Positions 46,581-63,100 of a stretch of 64,000 nt of DNA are shown in pieces (the first letter of the stretch is position 1; each line of letters opens with the position of its first letter). Both the position numbers and the translations under genes were made by a program. The stretch lies in the NCBI GenBank assembly GCA_964016885.1, contig OZ024740.1:318990001-319054000 (forward strand), read 5' to 3'. Source of the stretch: Eledone cirrhosa (lineage: Eukaryota). The notes under the pieces were generated by a model. The model searched no databases. It saw nothing but the letters and a program-made list of their open reading frames with translations, and was not told the DNA's origin.

Positions 46581-49500
46581 ACGACTCTAACAATTCGAAG
46601 TCTTTCTACTACAATACTCACAACAAATAATCCAGGATTGTCTCATCTATTTCCACAACTTACATTCTATCTGACATTCTAACGACTCTACCAATACGAT
46701 GTTTTTCTACTACAATACTCACAACAAATAATCCAGGATTGTCTCGTCTATCTCCAGACCTTATATTCTATCTGACATTCTAACGACTCTACCAGTTCGC
46801 TGTATTTCTACTACAATACTAACTTCAAATAATCCAGGATTGTCTCGTCTATTTCCACAACTTACATTCTATCTGACATTCAAACGACTCTACCAATTCG
46901 AAGTCTTTCTACTACAATACTAACGTCAAATAATCCAGGATCGTCTCGTCTATTTCCACAACTTACATTCTATCTCACATTCTAACGTGTCTACCAATTC
47001 GCTGAATTTCTAATTCAATACTCTCAACAAATAAACCAGGATTGTCTCGTCTATTTCCACAACTTACATTCTATCTGACATACTAACGACTCTACCAATT
47101 CGAAGTCTTTCTACTACAATACTAACTTTAAACAATCCAGGATTGTCTCCTCTATTTCAACAATTTACATTCTATGTAACATTGAAACGACTCTACCAAT
47201 TCGATGTCTTTGTACAACAATACTCACAAAAAATAATCCAGGATTGTATCGTCTATTTCCACAACTTACATTCTATCTGACATTCTAACGACTCTACGAA
47301 TTCGCTGTATTTCTACTACAATACTAACTTCAATTAGTCTAGGATTGTCTCATCTATTTCCACAACTTACATTCTATCTGATATTCGAACGACTCTACCA
47401 ATTCGAAGTCTTTCTACTACAATACTAACAACAAATAATGCAGGATTGTCTCGTCTATTTCCACAACTTACGTTCTATCTGACATTCTAACGACTCTACC
47501 AATTCGAAGTCTTTCTATTACAATACTCACAACAAATAATCCAGGATTGTCTCGTCTATTTCCACAACTTACATTCTATCTGAAATTCTAACGACTCTAC
47601 GAATTCGCTGTCTTTCTACTACAATGCTCACAACAAATAATCCACGACTGTCTCGTCTATTTCCACAACTTACATTCTATCTGACATTCTAACGACTCTA
47701 CCAATTCGAAATCTTTCTACTACAATACTCACAACAAACAATCCAGGATTGTCTCGTCTATTTCTACAACTTACATTCTATGTGACATTCAAACGACTCT
47801 ATCAATTCGAAGTCTTTCTACAACAATACTAACGTCAAATAATCCAGGATTGTCTCGTCCATTTCCACAACTTACATTCTATCTGACGTTCTAACGACTC
47901 TACCAATTCGAAGTCTTTCTACTACAATACTAACTTTAAATAATCCAGGATTGTCTCGTCTATTTCCACAACTTACATTCTATCTGACATTCTAACGACT
48001 CTACCAATTCGATGTGTTTCTACTACAATAATCACAACAAATAATCCAGGATTGTCTCGTCTATCTCCAGACATTACATTCTATCTGACATTCTAACGAC
48101 TCTACCAGTTCGCTGTATTTCTACTACAATACTAACTTCAAATAATCCAGGATTGTCTCGTCTATTTCCACAACTTACATTCTATCTGACATTCACACGA
48201 CTCTACCAATTCGAAGTCTTTCTACTACAATACTAACGTCAAATAATCCAGGATCGTCTCGTCTATTTCCACAACTTACATTCTATCTCACATTCTGACG
48301 TGTCTACCAATTCGCTGAATTTCTAATTCAATACTCTCAACAAATAAACCAGGATTGTCTCGTCTATTTCCACAACTTACATTCTATCTGACATACTCAC
48401 GACTCTACCAATTCGAAGTATTTCTACTACAATACTAACTTTAAACAATCCAGGATTGTCTCCTCTATTTCAACAACTTACATTCTATGTAACATTGAAA
48501 CGACTCTACCAATTCGATGTCTTTGTACTACAATACTCACAAAAAATAATCCAGGATTGTATCGTCTATTTCCACAACTTACATTCTATCTGACATTCTA
48601 ACGACTCTATGAATTCGCTGTATTTCTACTACAATACTAACTTCAAATAATCCAGGATTGTCTCCTCTATTTCCACAACTTACATTCTATCTCACATTCT
48701 AACGAGTCTACCAATTCGCTGTATTTCTACTACATTACTCACAACAAATAAACCAGGATTGTCTCGTCTATTTCCACAACTTACATTCTATCTGACATAC
48801 TAACGACTCTACCAATTCGAAGTCTTTCTACTACAATACTAACTTTAAACAATCCAGGATTGTCTCCTCTATTTCCACAACTTACATTCTATCTGACATT
48901 CTAACGACTCTACCAATTCGCTGTATTTCTACTACAATACTGACTTCAAATAATCCAGGATCGTATCGGCTATTTCCACAACTTACATTCTATCTGACAT
49001 TCTAACGACTCTACCAATTCGCTGTCTTTCTACTACAATACTAACAACAAATAATCTAGGATTGTCTCGTCTGTTTCCACAAATTACATTCTATCTGACA
49101 TTCTAACGACTCTAACAATTCGAAGTCTTTCTACTACAATACTCACAACAAATAATCCAGGATTGTCTCATCTATTTCCACAACTTACATTCTATCTGAC
49201 ATTCTAACGACTCTACCAATACGATGTGTTTCTACTACAATACTCACAACAAATAATCCAGGATTGTCTCGTCTATCTCCAGACCTTATATTCTATCTGA
49301 CATTCTAACGACTCTACCAGTTCGCTGTATTTCTACTACAATACTAACTTCAAATAATCCAGGATTGTCTCGTCTATTTCCACAACTTACATTCTATCTG
49401 ACATTCAAACGACTCTACCAATTCGAAGTCTTTCTACTACAATACTAACGTCAAATAATCCAGGATCGTCTCGTCTATTTCCACAACTTACATTCTATCT

Positions 49501-51165
49501 CACATTCTAACGTGTCTACCAATTCGCTGAATTTCTAATTCAATACTCTCAACAAATAAACCAGGATTGTCTCGTCTATTTCCACAACTTACATTCTATC
49601 TGACATACTAACGACTCTACCAATTCGAAGTCTTTCTACTACAATACTAACTTTAAACAATCCAGGATTGTCTCCTCTATTTCAACAACTTACATTCTAT
49701 GTAACATTGAAACGACTCTACCAATTCGATGTCTTTGTACAACAATACTCACAAAAAATAATCCAGGATTGTATCGTCTATTTCCACAACTTACATTCTA
49801 TCTGACATTCTAACGACTCTACGAATTCGCTGTATTTCTACTACAATACTAACTTCAATTAGTCTAGGATTGTCTCATCTATTTCCACAACTTACATTCT
49901 ATCTGATATTCGAACGACACTACCAATTCGAAGTCTTTCTACTACAATACTAACAACAAATAATGCAGGATTGTCTCGTCTATTTCCACAACTTACGTTC
50001 TATCTGACATTCTAACGACTCTACCAATTCGAAGTCTTTCTATTACAATACTCACAACAAATAATCCAGGATTGTCTCGTCTATTTCCACAACTTACATT
50101 CTATCTGAAATTCTAACGACTCTACGAATTCGCTGTCTTTCTACTACAATGCTCACAACAAATAATCCACGACTGTCTCGTCTATTTCCACAACTTACAT
50201 TCTATCTGACATTCTAACGACTCTACCAATTCGAAATCTTTCTACTACAATACTCACAACAAACAATCCAGGATTGTCTCGTCTATTTCTACAACTTACA
50301 TTCTATGTGACATTTAAACGACTCTATCAATTCGAAGTCTTTCTACAACAATACTAACGTCAAATAATCCAGGATTGTCTCGTCCATTTCCACAACTTAC
50401 ATTCTATCTGACGTTCTAACGACTCTACCAATTCGAAGTCTTTCTACTACAATACTAACTTTAAATAATCCAGGATTGTCTCGTCTATTTCCACAACTTA
50501 CATTCTATCTGACATTCTAACGACTCTACCAATTCGATGTGTTTCTACTACAATAATCACAACAAATAATCCAGGATTGTCTCGTCTATCTCCAGACATT
50601 ACATTCTATCTGACATTCTAACGACTCTACCAGTTCGCTGTATTTCTACTACAATACTAACTTCAAATAATCCAGGATTGTCTCGTCTATTTCCACAACT
50701 TACATTCTATCTGACATTCACACGACTCTACCAATTCGAAGTCTTTCTACTACAATACTAACGTCAAATAATCCAGGATCGTCTCGTCTATTTCCACAAC
50801 TTACATTCTATCTCACATTCTAACGTGTCTACCAATTCGCTGAATTTCTAATTCAATACTCTCAACAAATAAACCAGGATTGTCTCGTCTATTTCCACAA
50901 CTTACATTCTATCTGACATACTAACGACTCTACCAATTCGAAGTATTTCTACTACAATACTAACTTTAAACAATCCAGGATTGTCTCCTCTATTTCAACA
51001 ACTTACATTCTATGTAACATTGAAACGACTCTACCAATTCGATGTCTTTGTACTACAATACTCACAAAAAATAATCCAGGATTGTATCGTCTATTTCCAC
51101 AACTTACATTCTATCTGACATTCTAACGACTCTATGAATTCGCCGTATTTCTACTACAATACTAA
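46095..51165 (+). repeat. Tandem 25-monomer duplication (2525 bp) with an internal 13+12 substructure
   Basis: CCAATACGAT 46691/49216 and the G of the TCTGTTT variant 46548/49073. TAATTC occurs at 47011, 48324, 49536, 50849 (spacings 1313, 1212, 1313). Confidence 0.88.
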
Positions 51166-54100
51166 CTTCAATTAGTCTAGGATTGTCTCATCTATTTCCA
51201 CAACTTACATTCTATCTGATATTCGAACGACTCTACCAATTCGAAGTCTTTCTACTACAATACTAACAACAAATAATGCAGGATTGTCTCGTCTATTTCC
51301 ACAACTTACGTTCTATCTGACATTCTAACGACTCTACCAATTCGAATTCTTTCTATTACAATACTCACAACAAATAATCCAGGATTGTCTCGTCTATTTC
51401 CACAACTTACATTCTATCTGAAATTCTAACGACTCTACGAATTCGCTGTCTTTCTACTACAATGCTCATAACAAATAATCCACGACTGTCTCGTCTATTT
51501 CCACAACTTACATTCTATCTGACATTCTAACGACTCTACCAATTCGAAATCTTTCTACTACAATACTAACAACAAATAATCTAGGATTGTCTCGTCTATT
51601 TCCACAACTTACATTCTATCTGACATTCTAACGACTCTACCAATTCGATGTGTTTCTACTACAATAATCACAACAAATAATCCAGAATTGTCTCGTCTAT
51701 CTCCAGACATTACATTCTATCTGACATTCTAACGACTCTACCAATTCGAAGTCTTTCTACTACAATACTAACGTCAAATAATCCAGGATTGTCTCGTCTA
51801 TTTCCACAACTTACATTCTATCTCACATTCTAACGTGTCTACCAATTCGCTGAATTTCTACTACAATACTCTCAACAAATAAACCAGGATTGTCTCGTCT
51901 ATTTCCACAACTTACATTATATCTCACATTCTAACGTGTCTACCAATTCGCTGAATTTCTACTACAATACTCTCAACAAATAAACCAGGATTGTCTCGTC
52001 TATTTCCACAACTTACATTCTATCTGACATACTAACGACTCTACCAATTCGAAGTCTTTCTACTACAATACTAACTTTAAACAATCCAGGATTGTCTCCT
52101 CTATTTCAACAACTTACATTCTATGTAACATTGAAACGACTCTACCAATTCGATGTCTTTGTACTACAATACTCACAAAAAATAATCCAGGATTGTATCG
52201 TCTATTTCCACAACTTACATTCTATCTGACATTCTAACGACTCTACCAATTCGCTGTATTTCTACTACAATACTAACTTCAATTAGTCCAGGATTGTCTC
52301 ATCTATTTCCACAACTTACATTATATCTGATATTCGAACGACTCTACCAATTCGAAGTCTTTCTACTACAATACTAACAACAAATAATGCAGGATTGTCT
52401 CGTCTATTTCCACAACTTACGTTCTATCTGACATTCTAACGACTCTACCAATTCGAAGTCTTTCTATTACAATACTCACAACAAATAATCCAGGATTGTC
52501 TCGTCTATTTCCACAACTTACATTCTATCTGACATTCTAACGACTCTACCAATTCGAAATCTTTCTACTACAATACTCACAACAAACAATCCAGGATTGT
52601 CTCGTCTATTTCTACAACTTACATTCTATGTGACATTCAAACGACTCTATCAATTCGAAGTCTTTCTACAACAATACTAACGTCAAATAATCCAGGATTG
52701 TCTCGTCCATTTCCACAACTTACATTCTATCTGACAGTCTAACGACTCTACGAATTCGAAGTCTTTCTACTACAATACTCACAACAAATAATCAAGGATT
52801 GTATCGTCTACTTCCACAACTTACATTGTATCTGATATTCTAACGACTCTACCAATTCGAAGTCTTTCTACTACAATACTCACAACGAATAATCCAGGAT
52901 TGTCTCGTCTATTTCCACAACTTACTTTCTATCTCACATTCTAACGAGTCTACCAATTCGCTGTATTTCTATTACAATACTCACAACAAATAAACCAGGA
53001 TTGTCTCGTCTATTTCCACAACTTACATTCTATCTGACATACTAACGACTCTACCAATTCGAAGTCTTTCTACTACAATACTAACTTTAAACAATCCAGG
53101 ATTGTCTCCTCTATTTCCACAATTTACATTCTATCTGACATTCTAAGGACTCTATCAATTCGAAGTCTTTCTACTACAATACTAACGTCAAATAATCCAG
53201 GATCGTCTCGTCTATTTCCACAACTTACATTCTATCTGACATTCTAGCGACTCTACCAATTCGAAGTCTTTCTACTACAATACTAACAACAAATAATCTA
53301 GGATTGTCTCATCTATCTCCACAACTTACATTTTCTCTGACGTTCTAACGACTCTACCAATTCGAAGTTTTTCTACTACAATACTAACTTTAAACAATCC
53401 AGGATTGTCTCCTCTATTTCCACAACTTACATTCTATCTGACATTCTAACGACTCTACCCATTCGCTGTATTTCTACTACAATACTAACTTCAAATAATC
53501 CAGGATTGTCTCCTCTATTTCCACAACTTACATTCTATGTGACATTCTAACGACTCTACCAATTCGCTGTATTTCTACTACAATACTGACTTCAAATAAT
53601 CCAGGATTGTATCGGCTATTTCCACAACTTACATTCTATCTGACATTCTAACGACTCTACCAATTCGCTGTCTTTCTACTACAATACTAACAACAAATAA
53701 TCTAGGATTGTCTCGTCTATTTCCACAACTTACATTCTATCTGACATTCTAACGACTCTACCAATTCGATGTGTTTCTACTACAATAATCACAACAAATA
53801 ATCCAGAATTGTCTCGTCTATCTCCAGACATTACATTCTATCTGACATTCTAACGACTCTACCAATTCGAAGTCTTTCTACTACAATACTAACGTCAAAT
53901 AATTCAGGATTGTCTCGTCTATTTCCACAACTTACATTCTATCTCACATTCTAACGTGTCTACCAATTCGCTGAATTTCTACTACAATACTCTCAACAAA
54001 TAAACCAGGATTGTCTCGTCTATTTCCACAACTTACATTATATCTCACATTCTAACGTGTCTACCAATTCGCTGAATTTCTACTACAATACTCTCAACAA

Positions 54101-57100
54101 ATAAACCAGGATTGTCTCGTCTATTTCCACAACTTACATTCTATCTGACATACTAACGACTCTACCAATTCGAAGTCTTTCTACTACAATACTAACTTTA
54201 AACAATCCAGGATTGTCTCCTCTATTTCAACAACTTACATTCTATGTAACATTGAAACGACTCTACCAATTCGATGTCTTTGTACTACAATACTCACAAA
54301 AAATAATCCAGGATTGTATCGTTTATTTCCACAACTTACATTCTATCTGACATTCTAACGACTCTACCAATTCGCTGTATTTCTACTACAATACTAACTT
54401 CAATTAGTCCAGGATTGTCTCATCTATTTCCACAACTTACATTCTATCTGATATTCGAACGACTCTACCAATTCGAAGTCTTTCTACTACAATACTAACA
54501 ACAAATAATGCAGGATTGTCTCGTCTATTTCTACAACTTACATTCTATGTGACATTCAAACGACTCTATCAATTCGAAGTCTTTCTACAACAATACTAAC
54601 GTCAAATAATCCAGGATTGTCTCGTCCATTTCCACAACTTACATTCTATCTGACAGTCTAACGACTCTACGAATTCGAAGTCTTTCTACTACAATACTCA
54701 CAACAAATAATCAAGGATTGTATCGTCTACTTCCACAACTTACATTGTATCTGATATTCTAACGACTCTACCAATTCGAAGTCTTTCTACTACAATACTC
54801 ACAACGAATAATCCAGGATTGTCTCGTCTATTTCCACAACTTACATTCTATCTCACATTCTAACGAGTCTACCAATTCGCTGTATTTCTATTACAATACT
54901 CACAACAAATAAACCAGGATTGTCTCGTCTATTTCCACAACTTACATTCTATCTGACATACTAACGACTCTACCAATTCGAAGTCTTTCTACTACAATAC
55001 TAACTTTAAACAATCCAGGATTGTCTCCTCTATTTCCACAACTTACATTCTATCTGACATTCTAAGGACTCTATCAATTCGAAGTCTTTCTACTACAATA
55101 CTAACGTCAAATAATCCAGGATCGTCTCGTCTATTTCCACAACTTACATTCTATCTGACATTCTAGCGACTCTACCAATTCGAAGTCTTTCTACTACAAT
55201 ACTAACAACAAATAATCTAGGATTGTCTCATCTATCTCCACAACTTACATTTTCTCTGACGTTCTAACGACTCTACCAATTCGAAGTTTTTCTACTACAA
55301 TACTAACTTTAAACAATCCAGGATTGTCTCCTCTATTTCCACAACTTACATTCTATCTGACATTCTAACGACTCTACCCATTCGCTGTATTTCTACTACA
55401 ATACTAACTTCAAATAATCCAGGATTGTCTCCTCTATTTCCACAACTTACATTCTATCTCACATTCTAACGAGTCTACCAATTCGCTGTATTTCTTCTAC
55501 AATACTCACAACAAATAAACCAGGATTGTCTCGTCTATTTCCACAACTTACATTCTATCTGACATACTAACGACTCTACCAATTCGAAGTCTTTCTACTA
55601 CAATACTAACTTTAAACAATCCAGGATTGTCTCCTCTATTTCCACAACTTACGTTCTATCTGACATTCTAACGACTCTACCAATTCGCTGTATTTCTACT
55701 ACAATACTGACTTCAAATAATCCAGGATTGTATCGGCTATTTCCACAACTTACATTCTATCTGACATTCTAACGACTCTACCAATTCGCTGTCTTTCTAC
55801 TACAATACAAACAACAAATAATCTAGGATTGTCTCGTCTATTTCCACAACTTACATTCTATCTGACATTCTAACGACTCTACCAATTCGATGTGTTTCTA
55901 CTACAATAATCACAACAAATAATCCAGAATTGTCTCGTCTATCTCCAGACATTACATTCTATCTGACATTCTAACGACTCTACCAATTCGAAGTCTTTCT
56001 ACTACAATACTAACGTCAAATAATCCAGGATTGTCTCGTCTATTTCCACAACTTACATTCTATCTCACATTCTAACGTGTCTACCAATTCGCTGAATTTC
56101 TACTACAATACTCTCAACAAATAAACCAGGATTGTCTCGTCTATTTCCACAACTTACATTATATCTCACATTCTAACGTGTCTACCAATTCGCTGAATTT
56201 CTACTACAATACTCTCAACAAATAAACCAGGATTGTCTCGTCTATTTCCACAACTTACATTCTATCTGACATACTAACGACTCTAACAATTCGAAGTCTT
56301 TCTACTACAATATTAACTTTAAACAATCCAGGATTGTCTCCTCTATTTCAACAACTTACATTCTATGTAACATTGAAACGACTCTACCAATTCGATGTCT
56401 TTGTACTACAATACTCACAAAAAATAATCCAGGATTGTATCGTCTATTTCCACAACTTACATTCTATCTGACATTCTAACGACTCTACCAATTCGCTGTA
56501 TTTCTACTACAATACTCACGACAAATAATTCAGCATTCTCTCGTCTATTTCCACAACTTACATTCTATCTGACATTCTAACGACTCTACCAATTCGCTGT
56601 CTTTCTACTACAATACTCACGACAAATAATTCAGCATTCTCTCGTCTATTTCCACAACTTACATTCTATCTGACATTCTAACGACTCTACCAATTCGCTG
56701 TATTTCTACTACAATACCCACAACAAATAATCCAGGATTGTCTCGTCTATTTTCACAACTTACATTCATCTGACATTCTAACGACTCTACCAATTCGAAG
56801 TCTTTCTACTACAATACTCACAACAAATAATCCAGGAATGTCTCGTCTATTTCCACAACTTACATTCTATCTGATATTCTAACGACTCTACCAATTCGCT
56901 GTCTTTCTACTACAATACTCACAACAAATAATCCAGGAATGTCTCGTCTATTTCCACAACTTACATTCTATCTGATATTCTAACGACTCTACCAATTCGA
57001 AGTCTTTCTACTACAATACTAACAACAAATAATGCAGGATTGTCTCTTCTATTTCTACAACTTACATTCTATCTAACATTCTAAGAACTCCACCAATTCG

Positions 57101-60100
57101 CTGTCTTTCTACTACAATACTCACGACAAATAATTCAGCATTGTCTCGTCTATTTCCACAACTTACATTCTATCTGACATTCTAACGACTCTACTAATTC
57201 GCTGTATTTCTACTACAGTACTCACAACAAATAATCCAGCATTGTCTCGTCTATTTCCACAACTCACATTCTATCTGACATTCTAACGACTCTACCAATT
57301 CGAAGTCTTTCTACTACAATACTCACAACAAATAATCCAGGAATATCTCGTCTATTTGCACAACTTACATTCTATCTAACGTTCTAACGACTCTACCAAT
57401 TCGAAGCCTTTTCACTACATTACTCGCAACAAATAATTCAGGATTGCCCCGTCTATTTCCACAACTTACATTCTATCTGACATTCTAACGACTCTACCAA
57501 TTCCCTGTCTTTCTACTACAATGCTCACAACAAATAATCCACGACTGTCTCGTCTATTTCCACAACTTACATTCTATCTGACATTCTAACGACTCTACCA
57601 ATTCGAAATCTTTCTACTACAATACTCACAACAAACAATCCAGGATTGTCTCGTCTATTTCTACAACTTACATTATATGTGACATTCAAACGACTCTATC
57701 AATTCGAAGTCTTTCTACAACAATACTAACGTCAAATAATCCAAGATTGTCTCGTCCATTTCCACAACTTACGTTCTATCTGACAGTCTAACGACTCTAC
57801 GAATTCGAAGTCTTTCTACTACAATACTCACAACAAATAATCAAGGATTGTATCGTCTACTTCCACAACTTACATTGTATCTGATATTCTAACGACTCTA
57901 CCAATTCGAAGTCATTCTACTACAATACTCACAACGAATAATCCAGGATTGTCTCGTCTATTTCCACAACTTACATTCTATCTTACATTCTAACGAGTCT
58001 ACCAATTCGCTGTATTTCTACTACAATACTCACAACAAATAAACCAGGATTGTCTCGTCTATTTCCACAACTTACGTTCTATCTGACATTCTAACGACTC
58101 TACCAATTCGAAGTCTTTCTATTACAATACTCACAACAAATAATCCAGGATTGTCTCGTCTATTTCCACAACTTACATTCTATCTGAAATTCTAACGACT
58201 CTACGAATTCGCTGTCTTTCTACTACAATGCTCACAACAAATAATCCACGACTGTCTCGTCTATTTCCACAACTTACATTCTATCTGACATTCTAACGAC
58301 TCTACCAATTCGAAATCTTTCTACTACAATACTCACAACAAACAATCCAGGATTGTCTCGTCTATTTCTACAACTTACATTCTATGTGACATTTAAACGA
58401 CTCTATCAATTCGAAGTCTTTCTACAACAATACTAACGTCAAATAATCCAGGATTGTCTCGTCCATTTCCACAACTTACATTCTATCTGACGTTCTAACG
58501 ACTCTACCAATTCGAAGTCTTTCTACTACAATACTAACTTTAAATAATCCAGGATTGTCTCGTCTATTTCCACAACTTACATTCTATCTGACATTCTAAC
58601 GACTCTACCAATTCGATGTGTTTCTACTACAATAATCACAACAAATAATCCAGGATTGTCTCGTCTATCTCCAGACATTACATTCTATCTGACATTCTAA
58701 CGACTCTACCAGTTCGCTGTATTTCTACTACAATACTAACTTCAAATAATCCAGGATTGTCTCGTCTATTTCCACAACTTACATTCTATCTGACATTCAC
58801 ACGACTCTACCAATTCGAAGTCTTTCTACTACAATACTAACGTCAAATAATCCAGGATCGTCTCGTCTATTTCCACAACTTACATTCTATCTCACATTCT
58901 AACGTGTCTACCAATTCGCTGAATTTCTAATTCAATACTCTCAACAAATAAACCAGGATTGTCTCGTCTATTTCCACAACTTACATTCTATCTGACATAC
59001 TAACGACTCTACCAATTCGAAGTATTTCTACTACAATACTAACTTTAAACAATCCAGGATTGTCTCCTCTATTTCAACAACTTACATTCTATGTAACATT
59101 GAAACGACTCTACCAATTCGATGTCTTTGTACTACAATACTCACAAAAAATAATCCAGGATTGTATCGTCTATTTCCACAACTTACATTCTATCTGACAT
59201 TCTAACGACTCTATGAATTCGCCGTATTTCTACTACAATACTAACTTCAATTAGTCTAGGATTGTCTCATCTATTTCCACAACTTACATTCTATCTGATA
59301 TTCGAACGACTCTACCAATTCGAAGTCTTTCTACTACAATACTAACAACAAATAATGCAGGATTGTCTCGTCTATTTCCACAACTTACGTTCTATCTGAC
59401 ATTCTAACGACTCTACCAATTCGAATTCTTTCTATTACAATACTCACAACAAATAATCCAGGATTGTCTCGTCTATTTCCACAACTTACATTCTATCTGA
59501 AATTCTAACGACTCTACGAATTCGCTGTCTTTCTACTACAATGCTCATAACAAATAATCCACGACTGTCTCGTCTATTTCCACAACTTACATTCTATCTG
59601 ACATTCTAACGACTCTACCAATTCGAAATCTTTCTACTACAATACTAACAACAAATAATCTAGGATTGTCTCGTCTATTTCCACAACTTACATTCTATCT
59701 GACATTCTAACGACTCTACCAATTCGATGTGTTTCTACTACAATAATCACAACAAATAATCCAGAATTGTCTCGTCTATCTCCAGACATTACATTCTATC
59801 TGACATTCTAACGACTCTACCAATTCGAAGTCTTTCTACTACAATACTAACGTCAAATAATCCAGGATTGTCTCGTCTATTTCCACAACTTACATTCTAT
59901 CTCACATTCTAACGTGTCTACCAATTCGCTGAATTTCTACTACAATACTCTCAACAAATAAACCAGGATTGTCTCGTCTATTTCCACAACTTACATTATA
60001 TCTCACATTCTAACGTGTCTACCAATTCGCTGAATTTCTACTACAATACTCTCAACAAATAAACCAGGATTGTCTCGTCTATTTCCACAACTTACATTCT

Positions 60101-63100
60101 ATCTGACATACTAACGACTCTACCAATTCGAAGTCTTTCTACTACAATACTAACTTTAAACAATCCAGGATTGTCTCCTCTATTTCAACAACTTACATTC
60201 TATGTAACATTGAAACGACTCTACCAATTCGATGTCTTTGTACTACAATACTCACAAAAAATAATCCAGGATTGTATCGTCTATTTCCACAACTTACATT
60301 CTATCTGACATTCTAACGACTCTACCAATTCGCTGTATTTCTACTACAATACTAACTTCAATTAGTCCAGGATTGTCTCATCTATTTCCACAACTTACAT
60401 TATATCTGATATTCGAACGACTCTACCAATTCGAAGTCTTTCTACTACAATACTAACAACAAATAATGCAGGATTGTCTCGTCTATTTCCACAACTTACG
60501 TTCTATCTGACATTCTAACGACTCTACCAATTCGAAGTCTTTCTATTACAATACTCACAACAAATAATCCAGGATTGTCTCGTCTATTTCCACAACTTAC
60601 ATTCTATCTGACATTCTAACGACTCTACCAATTCGAAATCTTTCTACTACAATACTCACAACAAACAATCCAGGATTGTCTCGTCTATTTCTACAACTTA
60701 CATTCTATGTGACATTCAAACGACTCTATCAATTCGAAGTCTTTCTACAACAATACTAACGTCAAATAATCCAGGATTGTCTCGTCCATTTCCACAACTT
60801 ACATTCTATCTGACAGTCTAACGACTCTACGAATTCGAAGTCTTTCTACTACAATACTCACAACAAATAATCAAGGATTGTATCGTCTACTTCCACAACT
60901 TACATTGTATCTGATATTCTAACGACTCTACCAATTCGAAGTCTTTCTACTACAATACTCACAACGAATAATCCAGGATTGTCTCGTCTATTTCCACAAC
61001 TTACTTTCTATCTCACATTCTAACGAGTCTACCAATTCGCTGTATTTCTATTACAATACTCACAACAAATAAACCAGGATTGTCTCGTCTATTTCCACAA
61101 CTTACATTCTATCTGACATACTAACGACTCTACCAATTCGAAGTCTTTCTACTACAATACTAACTTTAAACAATCCAGGATTGTCTCCTCTATTTCCACA
61201 ACTTACATTCTATCTGACATTCTAAGGACTCTATCAATTCGAAGTCTTTCTACTACAATACTAACGTCAAATAATCCAGGATCGTCTCGTCTATTTCCAC
61301 AACTTACATTCTATCTGACATTCTAGCGACTCTACCAATTCGAAGTCTTTCTACTACAATACTAACAACAAATAATCTAGGATTGTCTCATCTATCTCCA
61401 CAACTTACATTTTCTCTGACGTTCTAACGACTCTACCAATTCGAAGTTTTTCTACTACAATACTAACTTTAAACAATCCAGGATTGTCTCCTCTATTTCC
61501 ACAACTTACATTCTATCTGACATTCTAACGACTCTACCCATTCGCTGTATTTCTACTACAATACTAACTTCAAATAATACAGGATTGTCTCCTCTATTTC
61601 CACAACTTACATTCTATCTCACGTTCTAACGAGTCTACCAATTCGCTGTATTTCTACTACAATACTCACAACAAATAAACCAGGATTGTCTCGTCTATTT
61701 CCACAACTTACATTCTATCTGACATACTAACGACTCTACCAATTCGAAGTCTTTCTACTACAATACTAACTTTAAACAATCCAGGATTGTCTCCTCTATT
61801 TCCACAACTTACATTCTATCTGACATTCTAACGACTCTACCAATTCGCTGTATTTCTACTACAATACTGACTTCAAATAATCCAGGATTGTATCGGCTAT
61901 TTCCACAACTTACATTCTATCTGACATTCTAACGACTCTACCAATTCGCTGTCTTTCTACTACAATACTAACAACAAATAATCTAGGATTGTCTCGTCTA
62001 TTTCCACAACTTACATTCTATCTGACATTCTAACGACTCTACCAATTCGATGTGTTTCTACTACAATAATCACAACAAATAATCCAGAATTGTCTCGTCT
62101 ATCTCCAGACATTACATTCTATCTGACATTCTAACGACTCTACCAATTCGAAGTCTTTCTACTACAATACTAACGTCAAATAATTCAGGATTGTCTCGTC
62201 TATTTCCACAACTTACATTCTATCTCACATTCTAACGTGTCTACCAATTCGCTGAATTTCTACTACAATACTCTCAACAAATAAACCAGGATTGTCTCGT
62301 CTATTTCCACAACTTACATTATATCTCACATTCTAACGTGTCTACCAATTCGCTGAATTTCTACTACAATACTCTCAACAAATAAACCAGGATTGTCTCG
62401 TCTATTTCCACAACTTACATTCTATCTGACATACTAACGACTCTACCAATTCGAAGTCTTTCTACTACAATACTAACTTTAAACAATCCAGGATTGTCTC
62501 CTCTATTTCAACAACTTACATTCTATGTAACATTGAAACGACTCTACCAATTCGATGTCTTTGTACTACAATACTCACAAAAAATAATCCAGGATTGTAT
62601 CGTTTATTTCCACAACTTACATTCTATCTGACATTCTAACGACTCTACCAATTCGCTGTATTTCTACTACAATACTAACTTCAATTAGTCCAGGATTGTC
62701 TCATCTATTTCCACAACTTACATTCTATCTGATATTCGAACGACTCTACCAATTCGAAGTCTTTCTACTACAATACTAACAACAAATAATGCAGGATTGT
62801 CTCGTCTATTTCTACAACTTACATTCTATGTGACATTCAAACGACTCTATCAATTCGAAGTCTTTCTACAACAATACTAACGTCAAATAATCCAGGATTG
62901 TCTCGTCCATTTCCACAACTTACATTCTATCTGACAGTCTAACGACTCTACGAATTCGAAGTCTTTCTACTACAATACTCACAACAAATAATCAAGGATT
63001 GTATCGTCTACTTCCACAACTTACATTGTATCTGATATTCTAACGACTCTACCAATTCGAAGTCTTTCTACTACAATACTCACAACGAATAATCCAGGAT

